This document shows, piece by piece, positions 13,012 to 25,489 of a DNA stretch of 64,000 nucleotides. Position 1 is the stretch's first letter. Every line of letters starts with the position of its first letter. Made by a program: the position numbers and the translations under genes. The stretch covers positions 24,800,001-24,864,000 of the forward strand of contig NC_086386.1 in the NCBI RefSeq assembly GCF_036588685.1, given 5' to 3'. The notes beneath the pieces are model-generated. The model saw only the letters and a program-made list of their open reading frames with translations. It was not told the origin of the DNA and did no database searches. The stretch comes from Mytilus trossulus. Taxonomy: Eukaryota.

Positions 13012-14031
13012 TCGAATCAAGATAGTTATAAAGCCAAACAAGTACAAAGTTGAAGAGCATTGAGGATCCAAAATTCCAAAAAAAGTTGTGCCAAATACGG
13101 TTAAGGTAATCTATTCCTGGGACAAGAAAATCTTTAGTTTTTCGAAAAATCAAAGTTTTGTATCAAAAAAATGACCACATAATTTGAAGATAGACGGAGT
13201 CTAACAAGATTTCGCATATCTGCTCACCATTTACTTATAGAGAGAAGTAGATATAGTAATACTCCCTGACACAATAGAATATTTAAGAGATGTTGTAGTA
13301 ATGAGGTTGAAGATGAAACACATTTTCTTTTCAACTGTGATAGTTTATCGGACCAAAGGAAAGACATGATATCAATGATAAATAATTGCTGCAAATTTAA
13401 AAAAAATCTTGACCCTAACCAAAAACTGATATGGTGAATGAATAATGTCAGACATGAGAATTTATTATCAGAATTATGCATGTTCATTAAAAAATATGAA
13501 AAGGTTTAATGGGATTTATCTCCCTCTACTACTTGTAATTTGAACTTTATGTTTTCTCTATAGTGAGTTCTAGAGCACCGTCCCTTGATGAATATTGCCC
13601 AGTAGCAATGTCAACCCTTGCTGCTGTGCATTACTCATGAGGAGAATCACTATTGATGTACATGTAATCTCATGTATATGTAGCTAGTTCTGAAGGATCT
13701 CCCCTTGATGACCTTTGCATTGTTGTGATGTAAAAGTCCCTCACTACTGTGCACTGGTCATGAGGAGAACTACTGCAGAATGAGATACTACATTCCTGGT
13801 TCTATTTTTACTTCTTACGTTTTCCTATTCATAAACTTTATATCATATTCTTTTAATATTAAATTGGCCTCATTAAACTCAATGCCTCTTACCATAATTG
13901 TATCCTACATTGCTCATTTTATCAATTTATTATTTGTGTATTACGTATTGTGTTTTTCAATAATGTTTATATAATCATTGTATTATGATGTTTTTGTATC
14001 TTGCCTGACAAGGGCCCATGATTGGTATACT

Positions 14032-14211
14032 TGTAACCTCCAAAAACGATAAAACTGGCTTACGAAAGCACACATGTTAAGTTCATAAATTTATTATACT
14101 GTATTCATATATTCGAATTCACATTATACATATATCGAAAATAACATTGATTATTGGCAACGCTTAAATTTTGAAATATTCTGAGACACAACAACACCTG
14201 TCGATCAGTCA
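14032..14211 (-). repeat. 3' LTR (clearly alignable part)
   Basis: TGTAACCTCC...GATCAGTCA aligns with 19787-19979; weaker homology continues to about 14258/20002, so the far boundary is uncertain. Confidence 0.75.
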
Positions 14212-17200
14212 TTTATCAATAGTAAAAGCGTACAATGTAGTGAACAGTTTTTACTTGTACACTAATAACTAGAATTAAGTAAATACTCTTTTGAAATACC
14301 TTTAGATAATATTTAGACAAAATAATCAAACTGTATCATACATATGATTTAATAAAATATATAAATGCTAATATAAAAATTATCTTTTCTCTTTTTTTTT
14401 CAATTTTATTTAATTTCCAAATTTCACTTCATTTGCCTTACTCTATCCAAAGAAAGATTACTCAAGAATTGTTAATGTAAAATTTGACATGTTACAAAAT
14501 TTCAATCGCTGAACTCTATACAAAGAGAGATAATTCAAAAATTTCAAATGTTACAATTTTTGGCATGTTTTCTTTATTTGCCCTCAACAAACAAAATAAA
14601 AATACACAACTACACAACAATTTATGCAATATCATCATCTTTGTTATTATAATGATGTACATGAAAATATTCTGATCATTTGACTATACAAATAAAATAA
14701 ACTTTCTCGCATAATTAACATTTTCAACATAAATCTAATTGTTAGTCATATTATGCTTAAACCATCCTTCTTGGAGTGTTTGTCCTAAACTCTGTCCAAG
14801 ACTAGTTCCTAATGCAGCTATTGCTTTGCCCAATTGTTAAAATTGCACTAGTTCTTTGTTTCCATGAACAGATGTTTCTTTTAACAAGACAGACTTTGGC
14901 AAGTTAAAAGGATTTGAATGTTTTCCAGCGTTTGTTCGTTTTGATCTCCTTTTTGAATTGTCATCATCTACGCTAGCTGTAGTTACATCTTGTTCATCTT
15001 CGCCAGATTCCTGATGGTCAATTTAAACTGGTAACAAATTCGGGTTGACTATGGTCACATTCAATCCTCCAAAACTCGAATGCTGTCCTCAGTAATATCT
15101 GAACTTGAGTTTTGCATCATTTCTACTTATCCTGTGTCACAGAAAACATTCCTAACCTGGCCACTACCATCCGCTAACTGAATTCCGTACACATTGTCCT
15201 TAAACGGTGAACAACTCTGTACCTCGTTGGATGCCAATTTTCCTGCCTTTTGTTTCGTCCTTGTACATGTTTCTTCAGTAAGATGTTGGAACCAATTTCT
15301 ATAGACTTGTCATCTATTCCTCTGTTCATAATTTCTTGTCTTTCACACGCTTTCTTGTAAAAGTTCTCATTAACTGTCTTAATTAACTCAAGGCTTCGGT
15401 CATTCGCTTCTGATGGTAAGCTGAATAAGTGTCTAAATCGGTGTCTATCTCCGTCATTCCATTATATGAAAAAGATTGTTAATAGGGAGGCTCGGCTCAT
15501 GACCAAACATAACAAAATATGGAGTATATCCAGTTGAAGAATGCGGAGTTGCATTGTATATAAAAGTTAGTTCTGGCATATATTCCGGCCATTCAGCTTT
15601 CCTTTCGGGCATCAATGTTCTTAATCTGTCATGCATGGTCCTATTTAATCTTTCAGTTTGGGCGTTTCCTTCTGGTTTGTACGGTGTTGTCCGTGATTTT
15701 TTAATGTCATATATTCTACAGAGTTCACGTATCACTACATCCTCGAAATTCCTACCCTGTTCACCGTGTAACCGTTTAGGTATCCTTAGTTTCAAAAACC
15801 AATCCTTAACTAAAACTTTAGTATTTAAATCTCTACCATCTGAAGATTTCTCCAAAACTGTAAAATCCATAGCTAAAACATCTAATGGTTTACATGCTAT
15901 TAACGAACCTATTGATGGACGAACAACTGTTGGTAACGGATTTTTAGCAACTGAACAACGTTCACATGTTTTGATACAATGTTTTACATCGTTTACCATA
16001 TCTGACTAGTAACATTGTTTATGCAATAGTGCTAATGTTCGTTCTGTACCTTGATGTCCGGATAAATTGTGTAGTGTTTCAAGAACGTGGTGTTAGAATG
16101 TTTCTGGTATTACTAACTGTTTACACTCACCACATTCTATGTCATTTATCTTTCTGTATAAAATACCATTGTCTATCACCAATGAATCAAATTTCCTCAG
16201 TAACTTCTTCACTTGTTTCGTTTGTCTCGTCATCATCTGTACATGTGTTGACAGTTAACCCTGCTCTACAAAATTTAAAACAACAGAGAGAACATTATCA
16301 CTACTTTGCAATTGTTTATATCGTCTGCAGTATACTCTGGAAATGTTGACATTGTTTCTATCTGATCAGTCAAATTTATTTAGTTTATATGCATGTTTTG
16401 TACATCATTGTTTTTAAAACATTCGCAAGTTGCTCAACATCTAATGCATTCCTGCTCAATACATCTGCTTTGACATTAGATCGTCCGGATCTATATTTGA
16501 CCTCATAGTCAAATTGTGCAAGTTGAGAAACCTATGTCATTTCAGTCGCACTCAGTTTTGCAGTTTGCAGGTAACATAAAGGATTGTTATCGGTATAAAC
16601 TATGAATTTTCTTCCTATCAAATAGTCTCTGAATTTTTCGGTCACAGCCCATTTTAGAGCCAATAATTCAAGTTTCATAGAACTGTAGTTTTCCATGTTC
16701 TTTTCATTCGGATATAAGCTGCGTGATGCGTACGCTATTACAACAGTTCCTGTTCTTGGTCTTGCGATAGAACAGCGCCTAAACATTGAATACACGCATC
16801 GGTTTCTAAACGAAATAGCTTTTTGAAATCAGGAAAGCCTAAAATTGGTGAACTTACTAACTTCTGTTTTAGCTCTTCAAACGACTCTGAACACTTCGCA
16901 TCCCATTTTTCTTGAAATTCTTTAGCACTTAGTAATTTAAATTGCTTGGATTTCCCATCCTTTCCATTTGTTTTTGTAATGAGTGCATGAACTTTGGATC
17001 AAACTTCCTATAGTAACGTTTCTACATAGTCCAAGGAATGACCGGAGTTCTTTTTCTGTGGTAAGTACTTTCCAATCTTGGATTGATTTTGTTTTGTCTG
17101 GGTTTGTTTTTTTATGTCCTAAATATCTTACCTCCTTCTTGAAGAAATGACATTTTGACAATTTTAATTTCAAACCATGCTGTCTTAGTCGTTGAAATAA

Positions 17201-19764
17201 AAACTCCAGGCGTTCTAACTGTTCTTCTGCTGTCTTTGAAAAGATAAAAATATCATCTAAATAAATCAGTTATATTTCAAAAATTTTGTCATTAAACATG
17301 ATTCCATTATTTTTTGGAATGAAGCCGCACTATTAGAAAATCCCATTGGAATTCTAATGTACTCATACAGACCTCCCGTTCCAACGCGAAATGCAGTCTT
17401 ATGTATATCTTTTTCATCGGTCGCTACCTGATAATAACCTTGGGATGAGTCTAGCGTGGTATCAAACGTCGTTCCGTGCAAGGTGTCTAATGCCTCCTCG
17501 ATTCTTTGAAGTGGATAAGCGTCACGTATTGTCTTTTTATTCAGGAATCTGTATTCTACACAAAGTCTAATAGACTTGTCATGCTTACGAACTGTTACTA
17601 CGGGCGCTGCATAAGGACTAATACTCGTACGAATAATGTTTTGATTTAACAATTGTTTGATGTGTGCTCCAACTTCTTCCATTTGATTAGGTGGAATACG
17701 TCTATGCGGAATCGCAATTGGTGTCTCGTCTGTTGTAAGAAATCTATGCTTTACAATGTCTGTGTATCCTAAATCTAAATCGTTTTTACAAAATATATCG
17801 GTGTTCTTGTTTAACGAATCTTTAACTTTTTCTATTTGTTCATCGGTAAGGTTTTTCTTTTGTATGTCGAGGTCACTCAATTGTATTTTCTTATTGTTCT
17901 CTGTATTTGTTGTAGTTTGCTTACCAACAGCAATATCTATTTTCTTTATCTAAACATTAATTTGAGTCTGATCTATATTAATGTCAATATTGTCTTGTGA
18001 CACCTCGTGTATCAGTGAAGCTGAATGTAATGTACCAACTCTTGTTTTCTGATTAATCCATACATCTTCTAATCCTATATTAATCATACGTACCGGTACT
18101 GGTCCTTGACTTATCTCAGCATAACTATCAACTACCATAATGTTTCTCTCGGTAAAGAGCCTTGGTTACCTTGTAATGGCTGAACAACTGCACAATACTT
18201 TTATTATTGTCTTTTTTTCTGGTTGTACACATTACTGTCTTCATTGAATTTCCCGGTATATGTACTGGATTGCTACCTGCTATCTTTACAAAAGACATTT
18301 TTCGAGAATCTATTTCACAGTCAAAAGAATTATTGTATACAGTTAAGATACCTTAAAATTGCTTCCCAATAAGTCTGTTTGTTTCGCTTCCATTATAATC
18401 TTCTAAAAGCTTCTTTCATCTTCATAAATAAATAATTTCCTAGTAAAAATGGTAATTTACTAATGTTATCAGTGTCTTTCACAACAAGAAACCCAACATT
18501 CGGAATCATTGTTTTTGCTACTGAAATATTGAGTTCAATATAACCTAAATAGGGGATTGGTAAATCATTGGCTCTGTGTCTTTCGTCCATTTTGTTTTAT
18601 CATGTAGTATTGGTTTCTTTTGTAATAATGTTTTAAAATATGTTTCAGTAACTGTTGAAACCTGAGAACCAGTATCTATAAGATCTATAACTGATTGATT
18701 TTCAACAACAATTTCTGTCTCTGGACTTTTACTAGCAATGTTTTTAATATATTACTATGAAATGAATTGGCGTCTACTTGTACTGTAGTATCTTCTACTG
18801 ATCGACTCACCGCAGTAGAAGCTACCCTTTTACCTCAATGTCATTAGGAACAACACCAACTCGACCTTGATATATGTTACCTCTTTGGTTATATCTACCA
18901 CGAAAACCTCTTCCTCTACCTCTAAACTGTCCACGCGTATGCGTTTTCTGTGTATCTTTGTCAATTCTTTGTGCTTGAAAAGTTGATGGACATTCCGGAC
19001 GTTTATGACCCTTACCACCACAATTATAACAATTAATTGGTTTATGGCTATAATATACATCATTGTTTGTTGAATCACTATATGTTTTAACATTATACCT
19101 GTTGGACAACCTATCAATTTGCTGTTGTTGCTTTTCTAACATTTCCTGTTTGTAAGAAGTTTAAATATCTCGGAGTTATCTTTCGATGTGTGTTCGGATT
19201 TTATTGCTTGATTGCTAACAAGTTCAGCATCTTGTATTTGTAGTTTTAATTTCCAACTTTGTGCATTTTCAATCACTCAAAGTAACACTTCATGTCTAAA
19301 CTCAAGAAATTTCATTGTTTTGTGCTCATAACTGAATCGTTTTACTTCTCTTTTCAATTGCCATCAGATTCATAGAATAGTCTTGCAAAGTTTCATCATC
19401 TTTTTGGTTTCTTTGTGAAAAAATAGCTGTTGTAATTGACTTACTGAATCATAACCATCATATATACTTTTAATCACAAGCAAAATTTTGGCAACATAAT
19501 CTCTTTCTAATGACGGTCTTAGTTTTATCTCATCTTTTGCTGGAGATATTAGATTTTGCATAAGCAAATCAATTTAGGCTTTTTCTTCTGGTATTGCTTT
19601 AATTGTAAGTTTTTACCTTTTTCTTTGTGCATATGGTATAATTTCTTACTCAATTCGTCTACTTTCTGTAACTTATCTTCTTTAGTTTAAATCTTGCTTG
19701 TTATTTCTATACCCTAGAAAATATTGACTAACCAACGTTGCCAATTTTATATATATATTTAGTT

Positions 19765-19782
19765 ATCCTGTCGATGACGCCA
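19765..19782 (-). other. Primer binding site, tRNA-Ser-like
   Basis: Minus strand TGGCGTCATCGACAGGAT, 4 nt inside the 5' LTR; resembles the complement of tRNA-Ser 3' ends. Confidence 0.65.
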
Positions 19783-19786
19783 TTTT

Positions 19787-19979
19787 TGTAACCTCCGAAA
19801 ACAATAAAACTGGCTTACGAAAGCACAAATGTTAGATTCATGAATTTATTATACTGTATTCATATATTCGACTTCATATTAAACATATATCGAAAATAAC
19901 ATCAATTATTGGCTACGCTTAAATCTTCAAATATTCTTGTTCACAAAACTGAGACACAACTACACCTGTCGATCAGTCA
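19787..19979 (-). repeat. 5' LTR (clearly alignable part)
   Basis: Direct repeat of 14032-14211, adjacent to the PBS. Confidence 0.75.
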
Positions 19980-20887
19980 TACATTGTATCGTTTCTACTT
20001 GACGATTGCCGGAAAAGAAAAGATAACTCTTATGTATACCGGAAGTGTGATTCGGTTGTGTGCTGCACGATACCAAGAAGAAATTGACAAGTGGTGCTGC
20101 TATATTACGTTTTGTAACGAAGAAGAAATTAAGAGATTGGTAGAAATAAAAACGTACATACCAAATATGTATTATTTTGAAATCTATGTATTAAAAGAAC
20201 CATGCATTTATTTATTTTAAGTAAATATTAAACATGGCAAAAGCGACCTTTCACTGAAATATATTTTTTTTAATATAAAGAGGTGTTAAAGTTATCCTTA
20301 TCCATGGATGTCTAATGAGCCATTAAGATAGACAATTTAGTGTGAAAATTTCAAAAGCGTCACTCCAGCACTTTAAGCTTTATATGATTCTTCCTCTGCC
20401 GGTTTTAAATTTCCCGTCAGAGTTATGCCCCTTTATACTATATTCTAAATAAGAGAACACATATAATCACTGATAATGAATGATAAAATATTTTTTTCTC
20501 TCATCATAGAAATAAAGCAATCAAAATGACAATAACAATAAAGTAATTCAATATTGTTCATTATTTAGATAATGTTATTGACATATTATAATTTAAGAGC
20601 CCTGGTGATAAAAGGGTAGGGGTATGGAGTCTGAACATAAAAGCACTGTGAGTGAAATAAAAACTGAAAAAAAGAAGCACATGAAATAAAATTGTAAATA
20701 TTAAAGTAAAAGCTACTACTTATAATTACTTCTTAGATATAGAGATCGTGCAGTCATGATAAATAGAAATGACAACCCTGCATTTACATTTTAGCATCCA
20801 CTAGCATTATTTTTATTGAACCTTAGCTTTTTTTAAAGAGTTAATGTAATGTCCTTTATTTTAGTTCTTGTTAAGTCCCAGAACTCC

Positions 20888-22879
20888 TTTTTAGCTCACC
20901 TAGCCCAAAGGGCCAAGTGAGCTTTTCCTATCACTTGGCGTCCGGCGTCCGGCGTCGTCCGTCGTCGTCGTCCGTCGTCGTCCGTCATCGTCGTCGTCCA
21001 TCGTCGTCCGTCATCGTCGTCGTCCATCATCGTCGTCCTCCGTCGTCGTCGTCGTCCTTTGTCGTCTGTCGTCGTCGTCGTCCGTCGTCGTTAACTTTTA
21101 CAACAATATTCTCCTCTGAAACTACTTGGCCAAATTAAACCAAACTTTGCCACAATCATCATTGGGGTATTTAGTTTACAAAATGTGTCCGGTGACCCAA
21201 CTAACCAACCAAGATGACCGCCATGGATAAAATAGAACATAAGGGTAAACTACAGTTTTTGGCTTATAACTCAAAAACCAAAGCATTAAGGGCAAATCTG
21301 ACAGTGGTAAAATTGTTAGATTAGGGAGAAATATTTCTTAAGCAACAACGATTTCCAAAAATTTCAAAAACAGCAGAATACAATCAATTAGTAGCATTAT
21401 TGTCGTGCCATAACCGAGACTCCGGCTATTGGGTTGTGATACCCTCAGGGATTAACCTTACTTACAGAGAATATATTCTAATTGTAGTAGTTAAATAAAG
21501 GGAATAAGTTTTACTGCACCTTAACTTATTATTGAGGCCAAGATATTTAAAAAGTCCAAAATCTAACACAAACGTTGAAGAAAAGATAGTAGTAAACAAA
21601 CCTGAAGTAAATCAAATTCAGACAATTAATCAGAGCTTTGCATTATTTTAGAAATCCGTCCGTCGTCGTTAACTTTTACAACAATATTCTCCTCTGAAAC
21701 TACTTGGCCAAATTAAACCAAACTTTGCCACAATCATCATTGGGGTATTTAGTTTACAAAATGTGTCCGGTGACCCGACTAACCAACCAAGATGACCGCC
21801 ATGGCTAAAATAGGACATAAGGGTAAACTACAGTTTTTGGCTTATAACTCAAAAACCAAAGCATTAAGGGCAAATCTGACAGCGGAAACATTGTTAATCA
21901 GGTCAAGATCTATCTGCCCTGAAATTTTCAGACAAATCAGACAATCCGTTGCTGGGTTGCTGCCCCTGAATTGGTAATTTTAAGGAAATTTTGCTGTTTT
22001 TGGTTATTATCTTAAATATTATTATAGATAGAGATAAACTGTCAACAGCAATAATGTTCAGCAAAGTAGGATTTACAAATAAGTCAACATGACCGAAATT
22101 GTCAGTTGACCTCTTTCGGAGTTATTGCCCTTTATAGTCCATTTTTAATAATTTTTCGTAAATCTTAGTTATCTTTTACAAAAATCTTCTCCTCTGAAAC
22201 TACTGGGCCAAATTAATCCAAACTTGGCAACAATCATGTTTGGGGGTATCTAATTTAAAAAATGTGTCCGGTGACCCGGCCATCAAATCAAGATGGCCGC
22301 TACAGCCAAAAAAAGAACATATGGGGTAAATGCAGTTTTTGGCTTATAACTCAAAAACCAAAGCATTTAGAACAAATATGACAGATTTAATTGTTTATCA
22401 GGTCAACATCTATCTGCCCTACAATTTTCAGATGAATAGGAGAATCGGTTGTTGGGTTGCTGCCCCTGAATCGGTAATTTTAAGGAAATTTTGCCGTTTT
22501 TGGTTATTATCTTGAATACTTTTATAGATAAAGATAAACTGTAAACAGCAATAATGTTCAGCAAAGTAAGATTAACAAATTTGTCAATACGACCGAAATG
22601 GTCAATCGACCCCCAAAGGAGTTAGTGTCCTTTATAGTAAATTTTTAACAATTTTCGTAAATTTTAAAAAATTTTATCAACATTTTCCACTGAAACTACT
22701 GGGCCAAGTTCATTATAGATAGAGATAATTGTGAGCAGCAAGACTGTTTAGTAAAGAAAGATGTACAATCCCATCACCATCACCAAAGCACAATTTTGTC
22801 ATGAATACATCTGCTTCCTTGTTTAATATTCACATAGACCAACAAGGTGAGCGACACAGGCTCTTTAGAGCCTCTAGTT
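20888..22879 (+). mobile_element. Helentron-associated HINE (pearl/DINE-1-like) with (CGT)n microsatellite and ~500-bp internal tandem units
   Basis: 5' TTTTTAGCTCACC plus inverted GTGAGCT; (CGT)n at 20940-21090; the unit marker CTGAAACTACT at 21116, 21694, 22194 and 22690; 3' GGTGAGC, hairpin AGGCTC-TTTA-GAGCCT, then CTAGTT. Confidence 0.75.
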
Positions 22880-23969
22880 ATCTTTAAACTTATTTCTGTT
22901 TCCAAGATTTCCAGAATGTTTCAAAAGCATTTTTGAAAATGTCGGTTTTAATTACACGTTTGTTCATTTTCCAATAACCCGGGCCTCTTTCTGGTTCGAT
23001 GATGTTTATAGAAATTGCCACGCCGTCATGATCACTGTCAGGGAAATAAACAATTGTGCATTATTTTTTTTTTATCTACAATCGATATTCTCACTATATA
23101 TAATATAGTCTCGAGTATGATTGACCCCTACTATATTTGTAGAAAATTAAGGGACGATAATTGTGTGCATAGAACCTTTTAGCGTATCTAATAAATTATG
23201 TAGGGTACAAATTATAACATTACTGTTCTCCAACAGCACTCTGATGCTGTGAAAAAAAGACAAAATCAATATAAAATTCAAAATTATTTTTTGTATATCC
23301 CTGCAACTTAATACCATCTGTTTACAAAATTGGGCAAAGATATTTAATAAATATTTTTTCAAAATCAGATTTTTTTGATTCCTATCTGAATATTAGTATT
23401 TGTTTATAAATGTAATTTATTTCAGTGTTCTCATTTAATTGTAATAAGCTTGTTTAACATCCAAACACGTCCGAATATCTATAGATATCATCAATTGTTG
23501 AGCTCTAATAATTATATTGTTCTTGAAAAACTTTGTAGATTTATAAAAAATATAAATGTGAGGGACACTCCTCCTGGTTACTTTGTAATTTAATGTGTAT
23601 GTTTGTATTGTTCACATGTGCTTTATTATTTAATGTAATTGTTAATACATATATATGTTCTGTAACTATGTAATTTGTAGTTAATGAGAAATAAAATTTA
23701 AGGCCCTATTGCACAGTTATTTTGTAGTGCATTTCTTTGATACATTAAATGAAAATTTAAAAACATCTCAGCACCACACAGCACTTTTTCAATAATATTT
23801 GTTTATTGTGTTGTACTATTTTTGGGACAAATTATATCAAAGTTATAGAAAACCTCATCTGCTCGAACTCAAAATATGGACAATTTTATGGTTAGGGAGT
23901 CTTGAATTTTTTTGACAGAATCGTAACACACTGTACACACAATGTTCTATTTTTAACACATTTGTTAAA

Positions 23970-24118
23970 CTAGATACCCCCACCAAGATTGGTTAAATTT
24001 TGCCCAGCAGTTTCAGATGAGAAGATTTTTGTAAAAGTTGACGACGAAGGACGACGAACAATGAAAGACGACGGACGACGACAGAAGATGGACACCTTCG
24101 GGTCAGGTGAGCTAAAAA
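23970..24118 (-). mobile_element. 5' fragment of a HINE-type element
   Basis: Plus strand (GAC)n-like tract followed by GGTGAGCTAAAAA, the reverse complement of the HINE 5' end. Confidence 0.55.
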
Positions 24119-24687
24119 TATGTTGTTACTTACATCATAGCGATCACTATTATTTGTAAGATTAGGGGTCTGCCTAGGTTGACGAGTGGTCGTGAAGGGT
24201 GCACTTGACTACAATCTTAATTGACAAGTATTGTCAGTTTTCCAATCGAAGGTGTTCTTCAGGCACATTGGTTTCTCCAACTGGCAGCCACAAAAAAGTC
24301 CAAAAGAAGTGCTTAAAAGATGCAATTATAATACTTAAAATAAAATAAAATCTTTGTAAGAAGATAAACATTTGAGTGATAGCTACCCGTTATTTTAAGT
24401 TGGATATGGTCAGTGTTGAATGTTTATATATATATATATATATAACATTTTCCAAAAGACCAAAAGAGTGAAAAAGTATATTTAAACAAAACGCATTTGA
24501 CTAACAGGTCGAACAACTGATGTTCTTTAACCCTGCTGACTGCCATTGGCGATTGCCAAATAAAATTGATCACAAGATGTTACAAAATGGATCCTAATAT
24601 AAATTTAATACGTCACAGAAAAAAAAAATTGTTAACTTGTGGACAGGATGTTGTGCCACAAACATTCGGTGTCAATATTTCTTTAGT

Positions 24688-24731
24688 ACACCATATCCGG
24701 ATTTCGACAATAAATGTCTCTTCAGTGATGT
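24688..24731 (-). ncRNA. Type I hammerhead ribozyme, family C (mirror copy)
   Basis: Exact reverse complement of 24904-24947. Confidence 0.82.
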
Positions 24732-24903
24732 TAGGGATCGAAACGGTATTTGGAAGGCCATATAAAAAGTACCCTCATTTTTAGAGAAAGTACCCTCATT
24801 TTTAGATTAACTCTTGAATTTTAAGAGTCAATATATAGGATGAACGGATCATAAAAATGAGGGTACTTTTTATATGGCCTTCCAAATACCGTTTCGATCC
24901 CTA

Positions 24904-24947
24904 ACATCACTGAAGAGACATTTATTGTCGAAATCCGGATATGGTGT
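24904..24947 (+). ncRNA. Type I hammerhead ribozyme, family C
   Basis: ACAUCA CUGAAGA GACA-UUUAU-UGUC GAAA UCCGGA UA UGGUGU; all stems pair; AUA triplet. Confidence 0.82.
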
Positions 24948-25489
24948 ACTAAAGAAATATTGACACCGAATGTTTGTGGCACAACATCCTGTCCACAAGT
25001 TAACAATTTTTTTTTTTCTGTGACGTATTAAATTTATATTAGGATCCATTTTGTAACATCTTGTGATCAATTTTATTTGGCAATCGCCAATGGCAGTCAG
25101 CAGGGTTAAAGAACATCAGTTGTTCGACCTGTTAGTCAAATGCGTTTTGTTTAAATATACTTTTTCACTCTTTTGGTCTTTTGGAAAATGTTGTTTGTGC
25201 TGTTTTTAGACCCTTCTACAACGAAATTTGTTTGACATGCACACGTATAAAAACTGCGGTTTTTATCCAACGCAGTCATAGGTTTGAACGTAGTTTTCAA
25301 TTTAGACTCGTTTATATATATATATATATATATACAAACTACCACATAAAGTTGATATACTGTACAGTGCTCCAGCTAGTAATCAAAAGGGGCAGGGTGC
25401 CATTGGAGGCAGGGCACCTTTTATGAGTGGAAAAGGTACTACTCGTTTCGTTTGTCTTCGTTTCTGTGTGTATCACGAGTTCACATTCT

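Larger units (their letters stand above)
11714..14030 (+). mobile_element. 5'-truncated CR1/L2-group LINE (end of RT, C-terminal domain, 3' UTR), interrupted by two retrozyme-type insertions
   Basis: KTKVLIFNK, YKYFG...SGSFT.A..L.KKA.KA, DHTIKSILLYSCEIWG, AVLTELGR, RSLTRFRISAHHLLIE.SRY, EVEDETHFLFNC; stops and frameshifts. Confidence 0.75.
14032..20002 (-). mobile_element. Decayed near-full-length Ty3/Gypsy LTR retrotransposon
   Basis: Minus-strand order: gag zinc knuckle CYNCGGKGHKRPEC (about 18990-19030), protease LIDTGSQV (about 18660-18685), RT (SPYAAPVV, RLCVEYR.LN, DAYPL, KTAF), RNase H (YASRSL...LELLALKWAVTEKFRDYL...TDNNPL), integrase (KSRTTPYKPEGNAQTERLNRT). Direct repeats at both ends. 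Many frameshifts. Confidence 0.92.
24444..25312. mobile_element. PLE-type terminal segment with an inverted partial copy, inserted in a (TA)n microsatellite
   Basis: Arms 24444-24783 and 24852-25192 are reverse complements apart from one A-run length; 68-bp spacer; (TA)n at 24425-24443 and 25313-25333; each arm carries a hammerhead. Confidence 0.7.

Noticed and set aside
13585-13765. SECIS elements (AUGA...GA hairpins)
   Set aside because: AUGA pairs Watson-Crick with UCAU rather than forming the non-canonical quartet, and spacing to an apical AA does not fit; kept only as generic conserved hairpins.
15554-16009. 151-aa plus-strand ORF
   Set aside because: Antisense shadow of the Gypsy integrase.
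14028-19983. Exact TSD for the Gypsy element
   Set aside because: Flanks TACT and TACA differ and LTR homology seems to extend past 19979, so the outer boundary and TSD cannot be fixed.
20917-21138. Arg/Ser/Val-rich ORF; likewise the YMRYLI-repeat ORF at 59952-60200
   Set aside because: Translations of microsatellite or minisatellite DNA.
24566-25070. Duplicated short ORFs on both strands
   Set aside because: A consequence of the inverted repeat; the frames differ through a homopolymer indel and show no protein signal.
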